Shown: piece by piece, positions 1-4,764 of the stretch
How positions within the stretch are numbered: position 1 is the first letter of the stretch
How the letters are laid out: the number at the start of each line of letters is the position of its first letter
Virus record (IMG/VR): IMGVR_UViG_3300033892_000022
Location: 1 to 5,417 of that record
Length of the DNA: 5,417 nucleotides
Reading direction: 5' to 3' (one strand)
Notes under the pieces: generated by a model
Databases searched by the model: none
Told to the model about the DNA's origin: nothing
What the model saw: the letters and a program-made list of their open reading frames with translations, nothing else
Translations under genes and position numbers: made by a program

Positions 1-679
1 CAAAATCCATAGTTTTGTAAAATGCGAAAATGTATTCTCTAGGATTTAGCCCAAATTCGCTAACAAAATGCACATTTTGCGGAACTTCATAATTTTTAAA
101 GTCCTTATGTGAAATAACGAAAAAGTGGATCTTTTTAGCTAAATCTGGAATTTTAGTATTTATCTCCTGAAAGACCTTAAGCATCAAATCCATATTTTTC
201 CTTTTTGTGAGACCAGAAACTATGCCAAATTTTATGGAACTAGGAAAATCTTTGTCTATTTTTTCTTTCATTTGAATAGCTAATTTATCAGCTTTTTCTA
301 CAATTTCAAAATTTATACCGTGAAAAACTGGAAGATCAACTTGTAGACCAACTTGTTGAAGATTCTGAGCCGTGAACTTTGAATTTGGAATAAATGTTAT
401 ATTTTCTAATAAGTACTTATTTACAATTTCTAAATTTGGTATGCCGTCACATGTAGTATAAAAATACTTCTTTCCTTTAAATTCTCTAAAAGTATATAAG
501 TAGGGATTTAAAGAAGGGGGATGAAACGGCATGAAAATTATTAATTTATCAGATTGTGGAATTAAATACGGATTTGTTGAGATTGTGACAATTTCACCAT
601 TTTTTCTAAGGACTTGGGCTATATCATCCGAAATATTACGAATTGATGAATAGTTCATTGTCAAAATTACGGTTTTCAT
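1..679 (-). CDS. Glycosyltransferase, GT-B/GT4-like (SIRV ORF335-like); 5' part only, runs off the window start
   Basis: Manual translation from ATG at 679 is open to position 1: MKTVILTMNYSSIRNISDDIAQVLRKNG...FIPNSKFTAQNL...PVFHGINF...FGIVSGLTKRKNMDLML...FYKTMDF. NSxFT, HGI and G-x-x-x-RKN-x-D motifs are typical of GT4 enzymes. It sits beside the zinc finger and capsid genes as in SIRV. Absent from the ORF track because there is no stop in the window. Confidence 0.88.
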   Translation of the reverse strand, partial: MKTVILTMNYSSIRNISDDIAQVLRKNGEIVTISTNPYLIPQSDKLIIFMPFHPPSLNPYLYTFREFKGKKYFYTTCDGIPNLEIVNKYLLENITFIPNSKFTAQNLQQVGLQVDLPVFHGINFEIVEKADKLAIQMKEKIDKDFPSSIKFGIVSGLTKRKNMDLMLKVFQEINTKIPDLAKKIHFFVISHKDFKNYEVPQNVHFVSEFGLNPREYIFAFYKTMDF

Positions 680-685
680 GTGAAA

Positions 686-710
686 TTTTTAAATGTCATG
701 ACATTAAAAA
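686..710. promoter_or_regulatory. Overlapping divergent promoters (TATA+GTCA on both strands) around the palindrome AATGTCATGACATT (692-705)
   Basis: The + strand reads TTTTTAAATGTCA, with GTC 21 nt before ATG 716. The - strand reads TTTTTAATGTCA, with GTC 23 nt before ATG 679. Both spacings fit leaderless Sulfolobales transcripts. Confidence 0.7.
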
Positions 711-715
711 GTTCC

Positions 716-880
716 ATGGGTCTACTCTTATATGAATGTCCGGTTTGTCATTATATCTCAAAAAGTAGAAAAAGTATGGCAACTCATATAAAGAGATGCC
801 ATAAAGGAGTTAAAATGAGCGAAGTAAAGAGGATAAATCCAAATACACTCGAATACGTGGAAACAAAATATGAAGAATAG
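716..880 (+). CDS. C2H2-type zinc finger protein, 54 aa (SIRV ORF55-like), putative DNA-binding regulator
   Basis: MGLLLYECPVCHYISKSRKSMATHIKRCHKG... contains C-x2-C-x12-H-x4-H. ATG 716 is preferred over the track's GTG 680, which lies upstream of the TATA box and abuts the divergent gene. Confidence 0.82.
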   Translation: MGLLLYECPVCHYISKSRKSMATHIKRCHKGVKMSEVKRINPNTLEYVETKYEE

Positions 881-884
881 AATT

Positions 885-910
885 TACAAAATAAAAAAAG
901 AAAAATAAAT
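885..910 (-). terminator. Oligo-T terminator of the capsid gene
   Basis: The - strand reads ATTTATTTTTCTTTTTTTATTTTGTAA just after the capsid stop at 927. T-tracts act as archaeal intrinsic terminators. Confidence 0.5.
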
Positions 911-926
911 AGCTTAAACGAATTTT

Positions 927-1331
927 TCAGCTTACATATCCGGTTGGCGATCCAGTAATTATATTTGTTACTGCATCAAGAACAGTTGGATTAGCATTGA
1001 ACGCTGATATATAATATGCTTTGAGACCATTTATCATGTTCACTAGAGCAGGCCCGCCCCCAAGCCTGTTTAACGCCCTAGCAACTTTCAGGCCAAAGCC
1101 TTGATATATCGCCCTATTAGGCCCAGTAATTCCATATTCGCTCAAAACTGATGCTACTTGCTCATTTACACTAGTAAACTTAGGAACATTAGTTTGGAAA
1201 TTTTGTTGAGCAACTGGAGATACATTAGTTAAAATGGTAGATGCTACTGTGGGATTTGAAAATGCAGTGAACTTAGCGCCCCATTTTGCATATCTTTGCG
1301 AAAATGATCTTGGTGTGTGACCTTTTGCCAT
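927..1331 (-). CDS. Rudivirus major capsid protein (SIRV ORF134/gp26 orthologue)
   Basis: 134 aa, MAKGHTPRSFSQRYAKW...NVPKFTSVNE...GITGPNRAIYQGFGLKVARALNR...IITGSPTGYVS, matching the recalled SIRV coat protein in length and sequence. Confidence 0.97.
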   Translation of the reverse strand: MAKGHTPRSFSQRYAKWGAKFTAFSNPTVASTILTNVSPVAQQNFQTNVPKFTSVNEQVASVLSEYGITGPNRAIYQGFGLKVARALNRLGGGPALVNMINGLKAYYISAFNANPTVLDAVTNIITGSPTGYVS

Positions 1332-1567
1332 TTTTGGTCAATTAAATCTACACAATTTGATATTTTAAATACCCACGCCTTATAATAAATATGATGAATA
1401 TTTATTGTCGTCATTGATCTTTCACTAAGAAAACATACTATATTCATAATATTATGTATATGACTAGTTTGCAATTTGACTCTTACTTCCCATATAAAAT
1501 ACAGTATTAAACACTATATCTAAAACATGAAAAAAGTATTTAATTGACATATTGCTAAATCTGTAAT

Positions 1568-1867
1568 ATGGATGAGATTGTTAAATACGAATGTATAAAA
1601 TATACAACTCAGCTATTTGAATGGTTAAAAATACGTTACCCTAACAATCTTTATGATTATTTAGTTTTACAAGATAAGAATTTAGTAACTATCAAAATTA
1701 TAATGAATGTTTCAATAAAATTTTACGAAAAAAAGGGAATTGGAATTCTGAGATATATACTAAAGACTTTCCGATATCCACAATTTATATCCATAAATTG
1801 GAGATATAACAGAAATATGTTTAATATTGTAGTCTTATGCGGTGAGTCAAAATCTGAAATTTCCTAA
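1568..1867 (+). CDS. Hypothetical protein, 99 aa (position matches SIRV2 ORF103c)
   Basis: ORF with an upstream BRE/TATA-like AAAAAGTATTTAAT (1531-1544) at leaderless spacing. No recognisable motif. The orthology is inferred from synteny only. Confidence 0.65.
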   Translation: MDEIVKYECIKYTTQLFEWLKIRYPNNLYDYLVLQDKNLVTIKIIMNVSIKFYEKKGIGILRYILKTFRYPQFISINWRYNRNMFNIVVLCGESKSEIS

Positions 1868-1923
1868 TTAGAAATTAGGAATAACGTAAAGTTTTTAAAG
1901 TGCATGATAATAAATATTCATAT

Positions 1924-2046
1924 ATGAGAATCGAAGAAAAAGACGGTGAAGGTTACTTAGTAATTGAAAGTAAAGAAGATTTAGAAGAATTTAGGAAAAT
2001 GTTAATTGAGGCTTATTATGAGCTTAATCCAAAATCTTCCAAATAA
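1924..2046 (+). CDS. Small acidic hypothetical protein, 40 aa
   Basis: MRIEEKDGEGYLVIESKEDLEEFRKMLIEAYYELNPKSSK*. Has its own AAAGTTTTTAAAG BRE/TATA (1888-1900) about 25 nt upstream, purine-rich coding-like composition, and an amphipathic helix pattern. Shorter than any ORF in the track. Confidence 0.7.
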   Translation: MRIEEKDGEGYLVIESKEDLEEFRKMLIEAYYELNPKSSK

Positions 2047-2091
2047 TGTGAAATAGAAACTTATAAATTTGTCAGAAAATGAAAAGTAAAG

Positions 2092-2262
2092 ATGAGGCGG
2101 AAAAACGTGTCTTTTAAAACCGAATGTGATAAAAGTACAATTAGATGCAATGGAGAAGATTGTTATATATTATGTTATGGTCACTGGGTAAAATTCATTC
2201 CTACATATCCCCCCATCAATGATGTTGTATTACTTGATGAAGGGTTAGATTTGCATGGCTAA
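2092..2262 (+). CDS. Small Cys-rich hypothetical protein, 56 aa
   Basis: MRRKNVSFKTECDKSTIRCNGEDCYILCYGHWVKFIPTYPPINDVVLLDEGLDLHG*. Preceded by TTATAAATTTGTCA (2061-2074) with GTC 21 nt before the ATG. An alternative GTG start at 2107 follows GAGG. Confidence 0.65.
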   Translation: MRRKNVSFKTECDKSTIRCNGEDCYILCYGHWVKFIPTYPPINDVVLLDEGLDLHG

Positions 2263-2380
2263 GAAAAACAAAATATGGCTTACTGAAAGAAAATTTAAAA
2301 TAATAATGTTTTTTTATATTACATTAGATATTTTTCTATTTACGCTTATATTTTTAGTTATAATTCATGCCTTTAAATAA
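2255..2380 (+). CDS. Small single-pass membrane protein, 41 aa
   Basis: MAKKNKIWLTERKFKIIMFFYITLDIFLFTLIFLVIIHAFK*. Basic N-terminus followed by about 22 mostly hydrophobic residues. The start overlaps the upstream stop (ATGGCTAA) and a purine-rich GAAGGG lies upstream, consistent with translational coupling. Confidence 0.6.
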   Translation: MAKKNKIWLTERKFKIIMFFYITLDIFLFTLIFLVIIHAFK

Positions 2381-2425
2381 CTAGAAATATATATGTCATA
2401 TCTTGAGTCAAAAAACAGATCAAAC

Positions 2426-2944
2426 ATGATCTTAAGCGATAGAGACCTTAAATATTATCTTGAAAAAGGTTTAATTTTTATTAGGCCTTTTTCTGAAGAA
2501 ATAATTAGGGAAAACGGCATAGATTTGAGAATTGGTCCACAATTTGCCAGATTAAGAAAAACAGATCAAGTTTTTGAAATCGGTAAAAATGTTGAAGATT
2601 TCTACATTGTCACAAATTCTAATCGTTTTATAGTTTTTCCGCATGAACATGTATTAACAACTACATTAGAATATTTAGAATTACCAAATGATATAATGGC
2701 ATTTGTAAATTTGAGATCAACATATGCAAGACTTGGACTTTCAATTCCGCCAACAATTGTAGATGCGGGATTCAAAGGTCAGCTGACTATAGAAATTGTA
2801 GGCTCAGAATTTCCAATAAAACTTGAAACTGGGCAAAGATTTCTACATCTAATTTTTGCTAAGACATTGACACCAGTTGAAAACCCATATCATGGCAAAT
2901 ATCAAAATCAGAATGATGTAACATTGCCAAGATTTAATAGTTAA
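2426..2944 (+). CDS. dcd: dCTP deaminase/dUTPase family protein, 172 aa (SIRV ORF158 dUTPase homologue)
   Basis: Motifs [42 protein letters not shown] and YHGKYQNQ. The start is placed at 2426 (MILSD, the canonical N-terminus). The track's ATG 2393 is part of the ATATGTCATA promoter element. Confidence 0.92.
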   Translation: MILSDRDLKYYLEKGLIFIRPFSEEIIRENGIDLRIGPQFARLRKTDQVFEIGKNVEDFYIVTNSNRFIVFPHEHVLTTTLEYLELPNDIMAFVNLRSTYARLGLSIPPTIVDAGFKGQLTIEIVGSEFPIKLETGQRFLHLIFAKTLTPVENPYHGKYQNQNDVTLPRFNS

Positions 2945-2958
2945 AAAAGAGTTTTTTT
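2943..2958. terminator. Bidirectional oligo-T terminator between convergent dcd and RHH genes
   Basis: AAAAAAGAGTTTTTTT gives T7 on the + strand and T6 on the - strand within the short convergent gap. Confidence 0.5.
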
Positions 2959-2986
2959 ATTCAATTCAAAAGCTTTCTCAGTATTT

Positions 2987-3148
2987 TTATTTAACTCCCC
3001 TTTTCTGTAAATATTCAACAATCGCCTCTTCTATAGCCTCAGTTAGTGTCTTGTCGTTCTCAACACAATACTTCTTCAACTTTAGCTTTAATTCTTTATT
3101 TATATTAATTCCAAAAACTACTTTTTGACTTTTCATCTTTTCCGCCAT
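2987..3148 (-). CDS. Ribbon-helix-helix transcription regulator, SvtR-like (SIRV ORF56b/59b family), 53 aa
   Basis: Manual translation MAEKMKSQKVVFGININKELKLKLKKYCVENDKTLTEAIEEAIVEYLQKRGVK* shows an alternating beta strand (VVFGINI) and two helices. It resembles recalled SvtR (VFGI...LK.YC..N...LT.AIEEAI.EYLQKR). GAGG lies upstream. Missing from the ORF track. Confidence 0.88.
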   Translation of the reverse strand: MAEKMKSQKVVFGININKELKLKLKKYCVENDKTLTEAIEEAIVEYLQKRGVK

Positions 3149-3173
3149 TTTTCCTCATTCATCAAATGCATAT

Positions 3174-3193
3174 TATGACATATTTATATATTT
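3174..3193 (-). promoter_or_regulatory. Promoter element AAATATATAAATATGTCATA of the RHH gene (copy 1 of a 20-bp repeat)
   Basis: The reverse complement of 3174-3193 is identical to 4291-4310. It contains a TATA box followed by GTCA, with GTC 31 nt before ATG 3148. Confidence 0.75.
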
Positions 3194-3204
3194 TGATTTT
3201 TTGA

Positions 3205-3226
3205 GAAAAGTTTATTATTGACCGTC
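3205..3226 (+). promoter_or_regulatory. Putative PVAP promoter (BRE GAAAAG, TATA-like TTTATTAT, then GACCGTC)
   Basis: GAAAAGTTTATTATTGACCGTC, with the TATA-like box about 30 nt upstream of ATG 3247. Confidence 0.55.
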
Positions 3227-3246
3227 TTCCTAAAAATATAATTGAA

Positions 3247-3543
3247 ATGACGCTAAGTACAGTCGCATTAGAAGGATTTTTAACGCTAATGGGAGTATTA
3301 ATTGCAAGCTATGTTGTTGGCGAAGTTGTTCATTTGTATAATCAAAAACAGGCAAATCAATCATTTCAAATAGCTATTGATCAAATGACAAAATCGACAA
3401 TTTCCGCAGTTGAAAGTATAAAAGATACTACAACTCTTGGAGTTAATGCATTATTGAATATGGATACATTAAGAGATGTAAATAGTCTTGCACAGAAAAA
3501 GGCTGAACAACATCAAAATCAGCAAACTCAACAAACTAAATAA
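3247..3543 (+). CDS. Virus-associated pyramid protein PVAP (SIRV2 P98/gp49, STIV C92 family), virion egress
   Basis: 98 aa with an N-terminal transmembrane helix (LEGFLTLMGVLIASYVVGEVVHLYN) followed by AIDQMTKST..A.ESIKDTT..G.NALLNMDTLRDVNSLA, matching recalled P98. Confidence 0.93.
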   Translation: MTLSTVALEGFLTLMGVLIASYVVGEVVHLYNQKQANQSFQIAIDQMTKSTISAVESIKDTTTLGVNALLNMDTLRDVNSLAQKKAEQHQNQQTQQTK

Positions 3544-3544
3544 T

Positions 3545-3892
3545 TTAAGTATTTTTACTTTTTAACATATAAGTAAAAACTTTTTTTATATCACTTTTTG
3601 TTTTTGGAACTAATTGAATTCTAATATCACTATGTTTCGGCATTTTCTCATGAACTCTAGAATAATCCAATTTCTTATTTGTAAAATATAAAATATGATA
3701 ATGTAATCCATGTGCCTTAGTTGTATATTCCTTAACGCTGAAAATATGTGAATTCCTATCATGACCGTAAGCATAATTTTTAAATCTCTGAAAAATTGTT
3801 GTAGTTGAAAAATAACGATAATTAGTGGCAATCGTGATAAAATAAGTGTAAGCGTAAAGAAAGTGAAAGCTAAAAACTTTTTCATAGTCCAT
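3545..3892 (-). CDS. rep: HUH-superfamily Rep endonuclease (SIRV ORF119/gp16-like), 115 aa
   Basis: Motif I YFITIAT, motif II GLHYHIL (HUH) and motif III YMLK (YxxK) in the right order. No helicase domain, as expected for the rudivirus Rep. Upstream TTTAAATGTCA (3920-3910, - strand). Confidence 0.92.
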   Translation of the reverse strand: MDYEKVFSFHFLYAYTYFITIATNYRYFSTTTIFQRFKNYAYGHDRNSHIFSVKEYTTKAHGLHYHILYFTNKKLDYSRVHEKMPKHSDIRIQLVPKTKSDIKKVFTYMLKSKNT

Positions 3893-3963
3893 AGCCTCAT
3901 TTGAAAACCTGACATTTAAATGTATATGGAACGTTTATATTATAGGCGAAAGAAGAGAAAAGT

Positions 3964-4236
3964 ATGAAGAAACAAAAAAATAAGTATATCGAATTACGTA
4001 TACCCGCAAAGTATAAAAAACTTTTTTATGAAAAACGTGAGTTAATAAAACAAGAAATCGATAAAGTATTAAATTCTCAAACTCAATTTAGAGAAATCGA
4101 AAGTAGAGATGTATATGATGAAAGAGTATTCTTTACAGTGGATGAGCTATATTACCAAAAATTAGAAGAGCTGTCTAGAAAGTATAATATTAAAATTGCA
4201 AAAATAATAAGATCTATATTCTTCCAAATAAGTTAA
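3964..4236 (+). CDS. Putative RHH DNA-binding protein, possibly two tandem RHH motifs, 90 aa
   Basis: The C-terminal RVFFTVDELYYQKLEELSRKYNIKIAKIIRSIF fits the CopG/RHH pattern. The N-terminal KYIELRIPAKYKKLF...LIKQEIDKVL resembles a shortened second unit. TATA TTTATATT at 3936-3943 and a T-tract right after the stop. Confidence 0.7.
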   Translation: MKKQKNKYIELRIPAKYKKLFYEKRELIKQEIDKVLNSQTQFREIESRDVYDERVFFTVDELYYQKLEELSRKYNIKIAKIIRSIFFQIS

Positions 4237-4290
4237 TTATTTTTTTCAAGTATTTTTAAGACATAAAAATGTCCTAACTTACGTCCTTAT

Positions 4291-4310
4291 AAATATATAA
4301 ATATGTCATA
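4291..4310 (+). promoter_or_regulatory. Promoter element AAATATATAAATATGTCATA of the gp17-like gene (copy 2 of the 20-bp repeat)
   Basis: Identical to the reverse complement of 3174-3193. GTC lies 33 nt before ATG 4338, and an SD-like GGGAG precedes the start. Confidence 0.75.
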
Positions 4311-4337
4311 TTCTAAGTTTTTAGTTAGGGAGTATGT

Positions 4338-4739
4338 ATGGCGTCCCTAAAAGAAATAATAGACGAGTTAGGCCAACAGGCCAAACAAAATAATAAAATA
4401 GCATCTAGAATATTAAAAATTAAAGGCATCAAAAGGATAGTAGTACAATTAAATGCTATACCGCAAGATGGAAAAGTCAGATATTCTATGACTATCCATT
4501 CACAAAACAATTATAGGAAGCAAATAGGAATAACTGCTAATGATGCTGAAGATCTAAGACTTATCTCAGAGTTTCTGGAAAAATATGCGGATTTGCTTAA
4601 TGAATATGTAAGATTTACTAGTAGAAATAATAACATGCCAAGAGAAGAAGAATTGGAACTTGGTGATGAAGAACAAGAACAAAAAGAAGAAAAGAAGGAA
4701 AGAAGAAGAGAAAAGAGAAACGTAGAAGAAGAGTTTTAA
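4338..4739 (+). CDS. ssDNA-binding protein (SIRV ORF131/gp17-like), 133 aa
   Basis: MASLKEIIDELGQQAKQNNKIASRILKIKGIKRIVVQLNAIPQDGKVRYSMTIHSQNNYRKQIGI... matches the recalled SIRV ORF131 family. It has a charged low-complexity tail ending EEEF and lies directly upstream of the ATPase gene, as in SIRV2. Confidence 0.88.
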   Translation: MASLKEIIDELGQQAKQNNKIASRILKIKGIKRIVVQLNAIPQDGKVRYSMTIHSQNNYRKQIGITANDAEDLRLISEFLEKYADLLNEYVRFTSRNNNMPREEELELGDEEQEQKEEKKERRREKRNVEEEF

Positions 4740-4764
4740 AACGTCATATATTATTTTTTTCTAC

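Noticed and set aside
680-715. N-terminal extension of the zinc finger ORF from GTG 680
   Set aside because: It would cover both divergent promoters. ATG 716 fits promoter spacing and the expected size of about 55 aa.
1244-1474. 76-aa minus-strand ORF from the track
   Set aside because: TTG start, overlaps the capsid gene out of frame and runs through its promoter region, with no recognisable motif. The length match to SIRV ORF76 is not evidence.
2079-2117. 12-codon ORF MKSKDEAEKRVF
   Set aside because: Too short, and it starts too close to the TATA box to lie within the predicted transcript.
2393-2425. N-terminal extension of dcd from ATG 2393
   Set aside because: This ATG lies inside the ATATGTCATA promoter element. 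The family N-terminus MILSD starts at 2426.
3610-3915. 101-aa minus-strand ORF from the track
   Set aside because: Alternative frame over rep. Its ATG is part of the TTTAAATGTCA promoter element, and its hydrophobicity is expected from AT-rich off-frame translation.
3174-4310. Insertion sequence or transposon (inverted repeats plus an HUH nuclease resembling IS200 TnpA)
   Set aside because: The HUH protein has rolling-circle Rep motifs and is a rudivirus core gene. The repeats are promoters of the flanking genes, and I saw no target-site duplication or subterminal hairpins.
4325-4510. 61-aa minus-strand ORF from the track
   Set aside because: Antisense shadow of the conserved gp17-like gene.
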